From an uncultured Planctomycetaceae bacterium (GTDB lineage Bacteria; Planctomycetota; Planctomycetia; Planctomycetales; Planctomycetaceae), in contig CAXBME010000025.1 of assembly GCA_963976765.1 (NCBI GenBank), positions 1 through 64,000 of the forward strand: a stretch of 64,000 bases of DNA. Direction: 5' to 3'. Below, one piece after another: positions 27,162 to 37,979 of the stretch (position 1 is the stretch's first letter; each line of letters starts with the position of its first letter). Below the pieces are notes generated by a model. That model worked only from the letters and a program-made list of their open reading frames with translations, did not search any database and had not been told where the DNA came from. The position numbers and the translations under genes are program-made.

Positions 27162-29612
27162 ATGGCAAAGCCGAAACGATCAACACGCAATCATTCGTCC
27201 GGTCGGACGCGCAAACCCGCATGTGCAGAAACCTCCGCACCAGCACAACACCGACTCCTTCCGGCGCTGATCTGGGGGCTTTTTCTGGCGCGATGGCTGA
27301 CTCCTACTGAGGGAACTGCTGAAGGCGACACGCTCTGGCTGACCGCGATGACGCTGGCTGCTGCCGCTGGCTTTTTCTGGTGGAACTCGCGAATCACGTT
27401 CGAACGGCTGCGTTTTGAGAAAATCGATGTCGCCGTCTGGCTACTGTGCGGTGCACACATTCTCTCGTCGCTCGCCGTCATTCTGACCGAAGGCAACAAG
27501 CGAGCATCGACTAACATGCTGTGGGAATGGCTGGCCATCGCGGTCACGTTTACGCTGCTTCGGCAAACAATCACGCAGGGTTCTCGACCAAAGTTCCTGC
27601 AAGCCGTTCTGGTTGTCACAACCGCCCTGGCCTGCTACGGAATCTGGCAGCCCACGTTCTGGTACCCGGCCAATCTCAAGGAGTATCAGAAACTGAAGGC
27701 CGAAATTGAGTCGGTCGAATCGTCGTCCAATCTCTCACCAGAAGAGCAGTTCAGGAGGCAAAGGGAACTGCGAGCCGAATTCGTATCTCGTGGCATCCCC
27801 TTGTCGGGCCCGTCGCAGCAGCTGTTCGAACGCAGGCTTCGCGACAGCAAAGAACCGTTGGGATTCTTCGCGTTGACCAACACTCTCGCCAGCTTCATGG
27901 CCATCGGTCTGATACTTCTGGCAGGAACGATCATTGGCCTGCTGCTTCCAGATCACGCGAAAGTCACGTCGTCAGAAACTGGAAAGAGAATCAGCAGGAA
28001 CGGCATTGCAGTCCTGGGAGCGGCGTTGCTTCTGGTGACGTACTGCCTCGTCCTCACCAAGAGCAGATCAGCATGGGGTGGGTCGATCGTTGGAGTCGGC
28101 ACACTGCTTGGTCTTTTCGTCATGACGCCGAAATCCGGAGCAGCCCTGAAAAAACTCATTCCGATCATCGTTGTCGGAGCAGTCGTCCTTTCACTGCTGG
28201 CAGGAGTTGCCATCGCGACGGGTGCTCTGGACATCGAAGTGCTGACCGAAGTGTCAAAGTCGCTGAGCTACCGACTCGAATACTGGAGCTCGACCTGGGA
28301 CGTGATTCTTGAACACCCGCTGCTGGGTACCGGGCCTGGCAATTTTCGCGACAACTATCTGCGTCACAAGTTGCCTGAATCGAGCGAAGAAATTGCAGAT
28401 CCGCATCAGTTTGTTCTGGACGTTGCTGCGAATGCCGGAGTAATCGGCCTGGCCGGACTGCTGACGTTGCTGGCGATGATCGGCTCGCTCAGTTGGATAC
28501 TTTGCCGACAACCGGAAACAACTCCGACGATCGGCTCAGCTCCCGTCAGAAAATCAATCGTTGCATGTCAACCGTCAGTCAGATCGGCCATTGGCTGGGC
28601 TGCTGCCGTGGCCTTCGTTGGTGAATGGCTTTTCTCTGGCAACCTCGCGTGGGGCATTCTTTGTGTTTGCCTCGGCGCAGTGATCATTGACCGCGTTCTG
28701 AAGTTGGCTCTGAGTCCGTCTTCTGATTCCACCGTAAGTCAAACCGCAAACCAATACGAACTGCACGTGCCGCCGGTTGCCGTCGTTGCGGCAATCGTCG
28801 CGTTGTTCGTTCATCTGTCGGCTGCTGGGGGAATCGCCATGCCGGCTGTCATTGGAGTCGTTCTGGCAATGACAGCCGTGCTGAACGTTGACGCCACGAA
28901 ATTATCACGCACAGACCACATAGAGAAATTGTCGACCGCGCCCCTCTTAACCACTGACGATGCCCACACCGCATCGGATGAAAATTTCCAGAACAGTCCC
29001 TGGCTGGCCGCCGCACTGTTGTCAGGACTGGCGGCAGTAGGGTGTACGACGACAGCGTTCAGTCCGGTCATTCGGGCAACGTCGCTGCAACAACTCGGCG
29101 ACTACGACGCGATCAACGGACAACCCGCTCGCACTGTCGTCGGCAGCTACCAGTCGGCTGCCGCTGCCGACTCACTGACGCCCGAACCTTTTTTCCGTCT
29201 GTCGCAGTTTTACCTTCACCAGTGGAAGCAGACTCGCGACGACGTTTTCTTCGATCAGTCCATCAAAGCTGCCGAACGAGCTCGCGCGCTGTCGCCACAC
29301 AGTCCGCATGCCACTCACGAAATCGGCTATGCCTGGCTGGTCCGGGCGAATGGCACATCTCCCAAGGATCAGAATGCTATCACCGCGGCAGTTGAAGAAT
29401 TGCAGAAAGCGCTGAAGATGTACCCGACCAATCCGAAATGGACAGCCGAGACAGCTCAGGCATTAGCTCTGGCTGGCGACCCGCTGAGAGCAGCCACCGC
29501 CGCCAGGCGGGCTCTGGAACTTGATGAGATCAACCGGGCCGCTGGCCACGTTGACCGCTACCTCCCCGACGATCTGCTGACGGATGTCCAACGAATCGCC
29601 GCTGCGAAGTAA
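27162..29612 (+). CDS. O-antigen ligase (Wzy_C) family membrane protein with C-terminal TPR-like region
   Basis: Many TM segments; LTKSRSAW, YRLEYW...HPLLGTGPGNF...DPHQFVL; helical repeat C-terminus. Confidence 0.8.
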   Translation: MAKPKRSTRNHSSGRTRKPACAETSAPAQHRLLPALIWGLFLARWLTPTEGTAEGDTLWLTAMTLAAAAGFFWWNSRITFERLRFEKIDVAVWLLCGAHILSSLAVILTEGNKRASTNMLWEWLAIAVTFTLLRQTITQGSRPKFLQAVLVVTTALACYGIWQPTFWYPANLKEYQKLKAEIESVESSSNLSPEEQFRRQRELRAEFVSRGIPLSGPSQQLFERRLRDSKEPLGFFALTNTLASFMAIGLILLAGTIIGLLLPDHAKVTSSETGKRISRNGIAVLGAALLLVTYCLVLTKSRSAWGGSIVGVGTLLGLFVMTPKSGAALKKLIPIIVVGAVVLSLLAGVAIATGALDIEVLTEVSKSLSYRLEYWSSTWDVILEHPLLGTGPGNFRDNYLRHKLPESSEEIADPHQFVLDVAANAGVIGLAGLLTLLAMIGSLSWILCRQPETTPTIGSAPVRKSIVACQPSVRSAIGWAAAVAFVGEWLFSGNLAWGILCVCLGAVIIDRVLKLALSPSSDSTVSQTANQYELHVPPVAVVAAIVALFVHLSAAGGIAMPAVIGVVLAMTAVLNVDATKLSRTDHIEKLSTAPLLTTDDAHTASDENFQNSPWLAAALLSGLAAVGCTTTAFSPVIRATSLQQLGDYDAINGQPARTVVGSYQSAAAADSLTPEPFFRLSQFYLHQWKQTRDDVFFDQSIKAAERARALSPHSPHATHEIGYAWLVRANGTSPKDQNAITAAVEELQKALKMYPTNPKWTAETAQALALAGDPLRAATAARRALELDEINRAAGHVDRYLPDDLLTDVQRIAAAK

Positions 29613-29995
29613 GGCCGACACGGTTGCCCTGCCAGAATACAATCTTTGGTGCCGCCCCGTTTCTGGACGATCTTCTGGACAATCACGGATGTTCGAACGA
29701 GGCCAGCAGCTCATCCGTTGATGGAACGCCTGACGGATTTCACGCAACGATTGTCGGCTCCGGAATCCGCTTCAGACCTCGATTTGTCGATGCCGCCAGA
29801 CGGGCTTCGAGTCGTTGTGGATGAACATCGATTCGACTATCATTCGCAGCTTGAAATGACGCCCGAAAACTCGGGAATTCCCTTAGTTTTCGGGCGTTTT
29901 CTGCGTTCATCGATTGCGTCGAACTGAATGCCCTGTCGCTCTGCCAGGCGAGGTTCGATTCGAGATGAAATACTGCCGCGTAAGGAGACATTGCA

Positions 29996-32806
29996 TTGTC
30001 CGTCGGAAACGGTGAATCGGGTGATCTTTCGGTGCCGGAAGAGCGAATTCAGCAGCTGGATATTCAGGACGAAATGCGAACGTCCTACCTGACGTACGCG
30101 ATGAGCGTCATCATTTCGCGAGCCTTGCCGGACGCTCGCGACGGACTGAAACCGTCTCAACGCCGCATCCTCGTCGCAATGGGCGATTTGAGTCTCGGGC
30201 CAAACACCAACCGAGTCAAATGCGCCAAAATCTGCGGCGACACCAGCGGTAACTACCACCCGCACGGTGAAGGTTCTGTTTATCCGACGCTTGTCCGCAT
30301 GGCTCAGAACTGGGTGATGCGTCAGACAATGGTCGACAAACAGGGCAACTTCGGCTCGCTTGCTGGACTTCCCGCCGCCGCCATGCGTTATACGGAAGCT
30401 CGACTTTCGGCGGCCGCTGCCGACATGCTGGCAGACATTCAGTACGACACCGTCGACTTTGCACCAACGTACGATCAGAGCCGAACCGAACCTGTTGTTC
30501 TGCCATCGAAGTTTCCAAACCTGCTCGTCAACGGCTCGACCGGAATCGCCGTTGGAATGGCGACCAGCGTTCCGCCGCACAACCTCGCCGAAGTCGCCGA
30601 CGCCGTCATCATGCTGGTTGACGAACCGGAAGCAACGATCGACCAGATTATCGACGTCCTGCCCGGCCCCGACTTCCCGACCGGCGGCATCATTTGTGGC
30701 CGATACGGCATCCGAAAAGGTTATCAGACCGGTCGGTCGACACTCACACTCCGCGCGAAGACGCACTTCGAAACAGAAAAAAACAGCGACGTCATTGTCG
30801 TGACCGAGATCCCGTACCTCGATACTCGTGACCGGATCCGTGAAAAACTCGAACTGCTCGTCCGTGACGAGCGAATTAAAGGCATCTCGCGCATCGTCGA
30901 CCTGACTGACCGCAAGACGCCGAGCTGGCAGGTGCGACTGCACATCGTTCTGAAAAAAGAGGCCGATAAAGAAGTTGTACTCGCGCAGTTGTTTCAGTTT
31001 TCGCCACTTCAAACGACAGTCAGCGTCATCATGCTGGCTCTGGTCGGCCAGCGACCGCAGACGCTCAATATCAAGGAAATGCTGCAGGAATTTATCCGGC
31101 ACCGTGTCGATGTGATCAGACGCCGGACCGAGTTTCTGCTGGCCGAATCTCGCAAACGCAAACACACCGTCGAAGGTCTGATGATCGCTCAGGTCGACAT
31201 CGACCAGGTCATTGCCACCATTCGAGCCGCTTCGAGCCGTGCTCAGGCCAAAGAAGATTTGCAGAAGATTCTGGTTCCTGCCGAACTGGTCGCTCGCGCT
31301 CTCGGCGAAGAAGGCTTTCGTAACTACACGGAAGAATACGGCGTTCAGTCTGACTACTCGCTGTCACCGAACCAGTCCGAAGCCATTGTCTCGATGCAAC
31401 TGGGCTCGCTGGCGAATCTTGAACGCGAGAAACTGCAGGGCGAATATCACAAACTGCTCGAAGACATCCTCGGGTTCCTTCTGCTTCTGGCCGACGAAGC
31501 AAACATTCTCGCCGTCGTACGCGAAGACATGGAGACGCTGAAGTCGAAGTACGGCGACAAACGTCGCACCGAGATCAGCGAAGAAGAACTGTCGAACGTC
31601 AACAAGGACGACCTGATTACCGAAGAGACGATGGTCGTCACCCTGTCAAATCGCGGTTACATCAAACGAACCCAGTTGACGACCTACCAGGCTCAGAACC
31701 GAGGCGGAAAAGGCATCACCGGCGGAAAGAACAGCGAAGAGGACGCCATGGAGCACCTCTTCGTGACGAGTACGCACGCCTGGCTGCTCTTCTTTACGAA
31801 CTTCGGCAAGGTCTACTGGCAGAAGGTTTACGACCTGCCCCTGCAAGGACGAACAGCCAAAGGCCGGGCACTCATCAACCTGCTGAATCTGGACGACGGC
31901 GAAGAAGTCGAAAACTGCATCGGAGTGAAAGACTTCGACGACGAACACTTCCTGCTCATGGCGACAAAGAACGGTATCGTCAAGAAGACTGCACTCACCG
32001 AGTACAGTCGACCGAAACAGGGCGGCATCATCGCCATCCGTCTTAAAGAAGGCGACGAACTTGTCGACGTCGTCGTTGTCGGGCCTGGCGATGACGTTCT
32101 GCTGGCGACTGCGTCCGGCATGACGATTCGGTTTCCGCATACCAACGCTCGACCGATGGGGCGAGCCACCGCCGGTGTGCGAGGTATCAAACTCGGCAAG
32201 GACGACGAACTGGTCGGCATCGTTGTGGCCAATCCTGAAATGTGCCTGTTGACAGCCTGCGAGAACGGGTACGGAAAACAGACTCCGTTCGGCCAGGGCG
32301 GCTCGGTTCCGGATCTGACAGACGACGGCGAGTCTGAAGAATCAACATCCGACGACGAGAATCAGACAGACATCTCGGAGCCAGAGTCGGAAGATTCGGA
32401 AGTCCAGACCGAACGCAGCGGATTTCACTACCGGTCACAGAATCGCGGCGGCAAGGGCATCCGAGACATTCGAACGACGGCCCGCAACGGCAAAGTCGTC
32501 GCGATACTGGCCGTTTCAGACGACGATGAAGTCCTGATGGTCACGACTGGCGGGAAAATCCAGAGACTTCGAGCTGGCGACATTTCAGTCGTTGGTCGAA
32601 ATACGCAGGGCGTGCGGATCATTCGGCTGGAAGACGACGACAAGCTGGCGTCAATGGCTCGAATTCCGAGTGAAATCGTGCTGGAAACAACGGTTGTGGC
32701 CACTCCGGACAAGCCAGAAAGCACAACTGACGTTCCGACGGCAGATTCAGACACTTCTGCCCCGAACACGGACTCAGAAGCTGAATCCGACAGCGAAGAG
32801 GTGTAG
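29996..32806 (+). CDS. gyrA: DNA gyrase subunit A
   Basis: [17 protein letters not shown], catalytic AAMRYTE, GyrA-box QNRGGKG, beta-pinwheel CTD; AAGGAG RBS before TTG. Confidence 0.95.
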   Translation: MSVGNGESGDLSVPEERIQQLDIQDEMRTSYLTYAMSVIISRALPDARDGLKPSQRRILVAMGDLSLGPNTNRVKCAKICGDTSGNYHPHGEGSVYPTLVRMAQNWVMRQTMVDKQGNFGSLAGLPAAAMRYTEARLSAAAADMLADIQYDTVDFAPTYDQSRTEPVVLPSKFPNLLVNGSTGIAVGMATSVPPHNLAEVADAVIMLVDEPEATIDQIIDVLPGPDFPTGGIICGRYGIRKGYQTGRSTLTLRAKTHFETEKNSDVIVVTEIPYLDTRDRIREKLELLVRDERIKGISRIVDLTDRKTPSWQVRLHIVLKKEADKEVVLAQLFQFSPLQTTVSVIMLALVGQRPQTLNIKEMLQEFIRHRVDVIRRRTEFLLAESRKRKHTVEGLMIAQVDIDQVIATIRAASSRAQAKEDLQKILVPAELVARALGEEGFRNYTEEYGVQSDYSLSPNQSEAIVSMQLGSLANLEREKLQGEYHKLLEDILGFLLLLADEANILAVVREDMETLKSKYGDKRRTEISEEELSNVNKDDLITEETMVVTLSNRGYIKRTQLTTYQAQNRGGKGITGGKNSEEDAMEHLFVTSTHAWLLFFTNFGKVYWQKVYDLPLQGRTAKGRALINLLNLDDGEEVENCIGVKDFDDEHFLLMATKNGIVKKTALTEYSRPKQGGIIAIRLKEGDELVDVVVVGPGDDVLLATASGMTIRFPHTNARPMGRATAGVRGIKLGKDDELVGIVVANPEMCLLTACENGYGKQTPFGQGGSVPDLTDDGESEESTSDDENQTDISEPESEDSEVQTERSGFHYRSQNRGGKGIRDIRTTARNGKVVAILAVSDDDEVLMVTTGGKIQRLRAGDISVVGRNTQGVRIIRLEDDDKLASMARIPSEIVLETTVVATPDKPESTTDVPTADSDTSAPNTDSEAESDSEEV

Positions 32807-32842
32807 ACTTCCGACTTCTGGATGCTGGCCGGTCAATAATGA

Positions 32843-32917
32843 GAACACTGATTGACACTGATAATCACTAATCAGGGATCTGGAAGGGTTAGCGATTATC
32901 AGCGTCAATTAGTGTTC
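32843..32917. repeat. Intergenic inverted repeat with internally periodic arms
   Basis: 29-bp arms, 26/29 complementary; each arm has three CACT-type units with 10-nt period. Confidence 0.8.
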
Positions 32918-33059
32918 CTTTTTATTCAGGCCAATGCTCGTCCTTGAGACGATTCGATCAATTTAGAATCAAACTCTAAATCGATTCCAGGTCTACTCTT
33001 CATAGAGATCTCCAGACGTCACGTTTGCCGTCCGACAAGAAGTCACAGGTGCCTTTGCT

Positions 33060-34538
33060 ATGCCGATGTTTCAAGAAGATATCAACCTGATCACCCGCCC
33101 CGGCGAAACCGCAACGGGTGAGCCGATCATCAAAGGTAACTACGCGTTCGTCAGCCTTGGATGCCCGAAGAATCTGGTCGACAGCGAAAAGATGCTCGGT
33201 ACGCTGGCTCTGGATGGATACTCGTTGGTTTCCGATCCAGACGGTGCCGACTTCGTAATCGTCAATACGTGCGGGTTTATCGAAAGCTCGCGGGAAGAAT
33301 CGAAAGCGGTCATCCAGGAAATGCTGGACCTTAAGAAACAGGGCCGGACGAAAGGCGTGATCGTTGCAGGCTGCCTGCCGGAACGAGTCGGCGGATCGCT
33401 GCTGGAAGAAATGCCAGAGATCGACCACATCGTCGGCGTGTTCGGTCGAGACGAAATTCACCGAGTGGCCGACCGACTCGTTGGCGGAGCACGCGAACAG
33501 CGCGAACTGTTCCGCCCAGCTCCAATCAAAGCGATGGACGACACCGCCCGCTTGCGGATAACACCGGGCCACTATGCTTACCTGAAGATCTCCGAAGGCT
33601 GCGACCGAACCTGCACGTTCTGCTCCATCCCGTCGATGCGGGGCAAGCATGTCACCAAGCCGATCGAAATGGTCATTCAGGAAGCCAAAGAACTGGTTGA
33701 AGACGGCGTCCGTGAACTGATCGTTGTTGCTCAGGACACAACCTACTACGGGATGGACCTGTACGGCGAAGTTCGCCTGAATGCATTGCTGAAGGAACTG
33801 GAAAAGGTCGAAGGCCTGGACTGGATTCGGCTGATGTACCTTTACCCGGTCAACTTTACCGACGACATCATCGAGACCATCGCTCGGTCTCAGAAGATCA
33901 TCCCATATCTGGACATGCCACTGCAGCATATCAACGACACCATGCTGAAGCGCATGCAGCGTCGCGTAAACGGTGCTCAGACGATTGAACTGGTCGACAA
34001 GCTACGGGCAGCGATTCCCAATCTGGTCCTTCGAACGACATTCATCACCGGCTTTCCCGGCGAGACCGAGGAACAGTTCGAAGAACTCAAGGAATTCGTC
34101 CGTAACACGGCCTTCGAAAGAATGGGCGCGTTCACTTACTCGCTCGAACCGGGCACACCTGCGGTAAAGCTGGAAGGTCATCTACCGGAAGAAGTCAAAG
34201 AAGCTCGCCGGGACGAGTTGATGGCGATCCAGCAGGAGATCGCATTCAAATTTGGCGACTCACTGATCGGTTACGAACTTGACGCGATCATCGACAGTCA
34301 GGTTGAAGAAGGCGTCTATCTGGGACGTATATTTGCCGACGCTCCGGAAATCGATGGCAACATTTACGTCACCGGTGAGGGCATCAACATCGGCGACATG
34401 ATCCCCGTCGAAATCGTCGACCGTCAGGACTACGACCTGATTGGTATCTACCACGGCGCCGAAGAAGATGGCAACGCCCCGGAAGTTGAAGCAGCAGATG
34501 CGACTCCAGGAGACTTGTGGGAACCCGGCCAGAAATGA
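33060..34538 (+). CDS. rimO: Ribosomal protein S12 methylthiotransferase
   Basis: SLGCPKNLVDSE, VNTCGFI, radical SAM CDRTCTFC, YLKISEG, C-terminal TRAM with APEIDG. Confidence 0.95.
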   Translation: MPMFQEDINLITRPGETATGEPIIKGNYAFVSLGCPKNLVDSEKMLGTLALDGYSLVSDPDGADFVIVNTCGFIESSREESKAVIQEMLDLKKQGRTKGVIVAGCLPERVGGSLLEEMPEIDHIVGVFGRDEIHRVADRLVGGAREQRELFRPAPIKAMDDTARLRITPGHYAYLKISEGCDRTCTFCSIPSMRGKHVTKPIEMVIQEAKELVEDGVRELIVVAQDTTYYGMDLYGEVRLNALLKELEKVEGLDWIRLMYLYPVNFTDDIIETIARSQKIIPYLDMPLQHINDTMLKRMQRRVNGAQTIELVDKLRAAIPNLVLRTTFITGFPGETEEQFEELKEFVRNTAFERMGAFTYSLEPGTPAVKLEGHLPEEVKEARRDELMAIQQEIAFKFGDSLIGYELDAIIDSQVEEGVYLGRIFADAPEIDGNIYVTGEGINIGDMIPVEIVDRQDYDLIGIYHGAEEDGNAPEVEAADATPGDLWEPGQK

Positions 34539-35222
34539 TCAGTCATGACCGCTGGATGGGTCGATCAGCTTCCTGAGATAAGTCGCCAGATCCATTTCGA
34601 GCTGCAGAAGCCTTTGCCACGCCGCCCAGTCCATACTGTACGGCTGCCGGTCTTCACCACCTCCCTGCGAAACCGATCGACCGGCGACGATAACTGACCG
34701 TAGCCTGTCATGCAGATGCGCCAACAGGTCAGAAGTCTGAGCAACCTGCAGCGGTCGCAGATCGCCAGGCAGTTCTGGCGGCCCATCAGGAAAGAGTCGC
34801 GGCAGCTCCTCGTCAGCGTCTCGCGAGCCGCCAGCGGTGAATTCGAACTCGTCTGACTCAAACGAGATCGTGCCGCCAGGCGATTCCTGAATGAGGTTTT
34901 TTCGCCGCTGAACATGCTGTTCGATTTCGTCGGCACTTCCGAAGAGCAACAGACAGCGACCTATCGAAACCTGGTCGCCGATATTCAGCACGTGCATCTG
35001 AATTGGGTGACCGTTGACGCGAGTTCCGTTGGTACTCTCCAGGTCAGTTAGAATGACTCGCCCACCATCTTCCTGAACTTTTGCGTGGAAACGACTGACT
35101 CGTTCGTCGTTCAGCTGGACAGCATTGTCTTCTTCCCGACCGATTGTAATCGGAGGCAGCAGGTCGGCCAGAACGCGACCTCGTTCCATCCCGTCCAGAA
35201 CCTGAAAAGTGAGCAAGGCCAT
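34539..35222 (-). CDS. FHA-domain protein (likely start ATG 35222)
   Basis: IGR...VSRFHA...DLESTNGTRVNG FHA signature. Confidence 0.88.
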   Translation of the reverse strand: MALLTFQVLDGMERGRVLADLLPPITIGREEDNAVQLNDERVSRFHAKVQEDGGRVILTDLESTNGTRVNGHPIQMHVLNIGDQVSIGRCLLLFGSADEIEQHVQRRKNLIQESPGGTISFESDEFEFTAGGSRDADEELPRLFPDGPPELPGDLRPLQVAQTSDLLAHLHDRLRSVIVAGRSVSQGGGEDRQPYSMDWAAWQRLLQLEMDLATYLRKLIDPSSGHD

Positions 35223-35334
35223 ATGATATTCTTCAGCCTTCCGGAATGATGGCTGGACGCCCGAAGCTTCCGAAGTCGAGTCAGCAATCAGCCTGCACAC
35301 GCTCTGACGAACCGGGAAAACCGATTACTTATCA

Positions 35335-35751
35335 TCAGTTCATGGAGCCGAACGGGGAGGATACATCGGAACCGCCGTAAGTGGAATCGATCGCCGACGC
35401 CACGTTGGTCAAAAGCTCTCCCTTCCGGACAGGTTTGGCCAGAACCGACCACACGTCCACTTCGCGCGCCTGTTGCCTCAGCTCGTCAGTCGCGTCAGAC
35501 GTGCACAGGATGCAAGGCAGTCGGGAGTCAATCTGCTTGACGATCCGGACAGTGTCCAGCCCCGTGAGCTTGTGCATGTTCATATCAATCAGAATCAGAT
35601 CGATATGCTCGCCTTCGACGATCTCGACTGCTTCTTCGCCAGAACCAGCTTCGAATAACGAAAACAATGGCTCGAAGATCGCTCGCAGGACTTCTCGGAA
35701 GCCTGCGTCGTCATCGGCAATCAGCAGCTGATAGGGTTCTGTTCGCTTCAC
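35335..35751 (-). CDS. Stand-alone response regulator receiver protein
   Basis: LIADDD, phospho-Asp in LIDMNM, LCTS, LAKPV. Confidence 0.88.
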   Translation of the reverse strand: MKRTEPYQLLIADDDAGFREVLRAIFEPLFSLFEAGSGEEAVEIVEGEHIDLILIDMNMHKLTGLDTVRIVKQIDSRLPCILCTSDATDELRQQAREVDVWSVLAKPVRKGELLTNVASAIDSTYGGSDVSSPFGSMN

Positions 35752-35954
35752 GCCGTGGTTACCCGCGGAGGAAATTAAATTCTGGACGTCTGGAAATCCT
35801 GATGATTTCTACCGGAACGCCGCAAAGGGCGCACCAATCGATATCAGAGTGCTGGCAAGGCTGTCAATAGCGTGAGTCGGATATTGTCGAGATCAACTCA
35901 TTGCTGTTCGCAATTGACGGCTTGCCTGTTGAGATTTCCGTCTCTGCACGCCGT

Positions 35955-35989
35955 AAAATACCCGGCAGCCACAATAGCTGGCTGCCGGG
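35955..35989 (-). terminator. Intrinsic terminator after the DUF1080 gene
   Basis: 11-bp stem CCCGGCAGCCA/TGGCTGCCGGG followed by TATTTT on the minus strand. Confidence 0.65.
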
Positions 35990-36017
35990 GTCATGTTGAA
36001 AATTGCTCAACCAAGCG

Positions 36018-36644
36018 TCAGTCAAGTCGTTTCACTCGAATGTTCTTGAAGAAAACGATACTTCCCGGATCGTGTGCCTGCAGGGCAAAAGTCCCTTTGT
36101 CGAGCTTTCGCGTGAAATCTTTGCCGGCCTTTGCATCGGCAGGTTCGACGTATTCGACGACCGTCTTCCCGTCAACTTTAATCGTGACAGTGTTTCCCTT
36201 CACGATGACGTGCTCGGTGAACCAGACGTCGTCTTTTGCCGGAGCCGGATTTACGTCTTTCACCGCGTAAAGGCTGCCGGTTTTGCGCGGATCTTTTTCG
36301 TAGGTGTTGTTGACCTGAACCTCGAAGCCGTACTTTGGCCAGCCTTCTTTCTGGTACTGCGTGTGGAAATAAATTCCGCCGTTCGAGTTCTTCCGGGTCA
36401 TCACGTCGACTTTAAGTTCGAAGTTCACGAACGGCTTGTCGTCTCCAACGTAGAAAAGATGGGCGCGGTTTCCGTGGGCTTTGAATGCCCCATCTTCAAC
36501 TGTCCAGCTGTCTTCATTTTCGGCAGCTTTCTCCCAGCCGTCGAATGACTTGCCGTCGTCGAGGCGTTTGAAACCGTCCTCGGCAAATGACGGTGTCGAG
36601 GTCGCGACGATCGCCAGCAGGGTAAGGATGGCAGTTTTGGGCAT
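36018..36644 (-). CDS. DUF1080 (3-keto-disaccharide hydrolase-like) secreted protein
   Basis: Signal peptide; [37 protein letters not shown]. Confidence 0.88.
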   Translation of the reverse strand: MPKTAILTLLAIVATSTPSFAEDGFKRLDDGKSFDGWEKAAENEDSWTVEDGAFKAHGNRAHLFYVGDDKPFVNFELKVDVMTRKNSNGGIYFHTQYQKEGWPKYGFEVQVNNTYEKDPRKTGSLYAVKDVNPAPAKDDVWFTEHVIVKGNTVTIKVDGKTVVEYVEPADAKAGKDFTRKLDKGTFALQAHDPGSIVFFKNIRVKRLD

Positions 36645-36962
36645 CGGTTTGCTTTCTCAATTGGTGGGCATGGTGAGTCAGGTTGAAGAGTCACACGAAG
36701 TCCAGACTCTGAAGAACGACCAATTCAAAGGGACGACGCAACAATCTGCAAGTCAGCAGGCACGAAACGACGAAATGATTAAAGCAGGAAGTTGCATCCC
36801 AAGTCTTGCCGAATTCACATTCGTTTCGTACCGTTCCCGCCCTTCGCGACGGGCGACGAAATTCAGGTCACACGGACGTGACTGTCGCGAGATCTAACCT
36901 TGCTGACGAGAGCGAAAAACAGTTTCCAATCAGTTTTCTGCAACCGGAAAGAAGGCTCAAGG

Positions 36963-37316
36963 ATGAGCGACCTTAAGGTGTACTGGCCGGAAAATGATTC
37001 CGCCGTTGCCGATGCACTGCCAACTGAAATGGTAGAAACGTGCAACGGTCGGAAAGAACCAGAAATCTATTCGTTTGCCGAATGGGTCGAGAAACTGCGG
37101 CAGCCTGAGCCGCAACGGTTGGCGCTCAGGGCTCAGCGTCTGAATGCTCATCAGACCTGCCCCGACTGTAGTCGGGCCGGCGGCGTCCTTCCACTGATGC
37201 TGAACGACGGTCGCATGGACGGTTCAGGCCGATTGGTGCCAGGTTCTGCGACGCTGGTCGGCTTTCATTGCGAAACTTGCAGTCATGAATGGCCGGTCTC
37301 ACCGAGTCGGCAGTAA
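36963..37316 (+). CDS. Hypothetical protein with a Zn-ribbon-like CxxC pair
   Basis: CPDC...GATLVGF-like segment...HCETCSHEW; a terminator-like hairpin follows. Confidence 0.6.
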   Translation: MSDLKVYWPENDSAVADALPTEMVETCNGRKEPEIYSFAEWVEKLRQPEPQRLALRAQRLNAHQTCPDCSRAGGVLPLMLNDGRMDGSGRLVPGSATLVGFHCETCSHEWPVSPSRQ

Positions 37317-37421
37317 GCGCCTGGTCGTACGAGCCGACAGCTGAAAGCCCGTCAGTGAGGGCTGACGAGTAGCGCTCGATTCCGGCCTGAATCGATGACT
37401 CCACCGAAAATCCGCGCAAAC

Positions 37422-37478
37422 AAAAGCCCCAAAGGGATGCCAACCGGTTCAGGTCGAACATCCCATTGGGGCATTTTT
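37422..37478. terminator. Terminator-like hairpin after the 36963-37316 gene
   Basis: GCCCCAA-A-GGGATG ... CATCCC-A-TTGGGGC flanked by an A-run and a T-run. Confidence 0.55.
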
Positions 37479-37979
37479 CGTCAAACGTCGAGTCTCACAC
37501 AGCGTCAACGGAATGAACAACATCGGCGACTGCAATCAGCACACTCTGTTGAGCCAATCGATGATCCATCACGAACGTTGCTTACGACTCGTCATTATTT
37601 CTTACGGTGACGGATCTTAGCTCGATTACGGCGTTTTCGACTTCCGATTTTCCGACGACCTTTACCAGTTCTCTTTGTCCCCATTTCGGGCAGACTCCTC
37701 AGTAATCTGAAAAACTCGGTGCGATGCACCCGTGAATTTGAGTGGTCAAATAAAAGACACCGACCAGAGGGCCGGTGCTCGAACAGGCAACTTTATCAGT
37801 GATCGACCGTCGGATCAACGCAGCCCACAGAACGAGCCGCCGCCCCTCAAAATGTCGACGTTTTGCAGGTCAGGCTTCGCGATTCCGTTGGAAATTTCTT
37901 CCCACAGGAAAAACAGAGTCACTCGGAAAGAACTCCCTGGTTTTCGTGTTTTCCGCATCTTTTGTGGGAGTTGCTTCCT

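Noticed and set aside
29950..29965. GGTTCGATTC T-loop-like motif suggesting a tRNA
   Set aside because: No cloverleaf can be built around it; it lies in the gyrA upstream region.
29840..31165. 441-aa minus-strand ORF and other long antisense ORFs (for example 119-916, 2636-3499, 33000-33929, 46800-47684, 63178-63885)
   Set aside because: They lie opposite well-supported genes, have no recognisable motifs and are the shadow ORFs expected from GC-rich codon usage.
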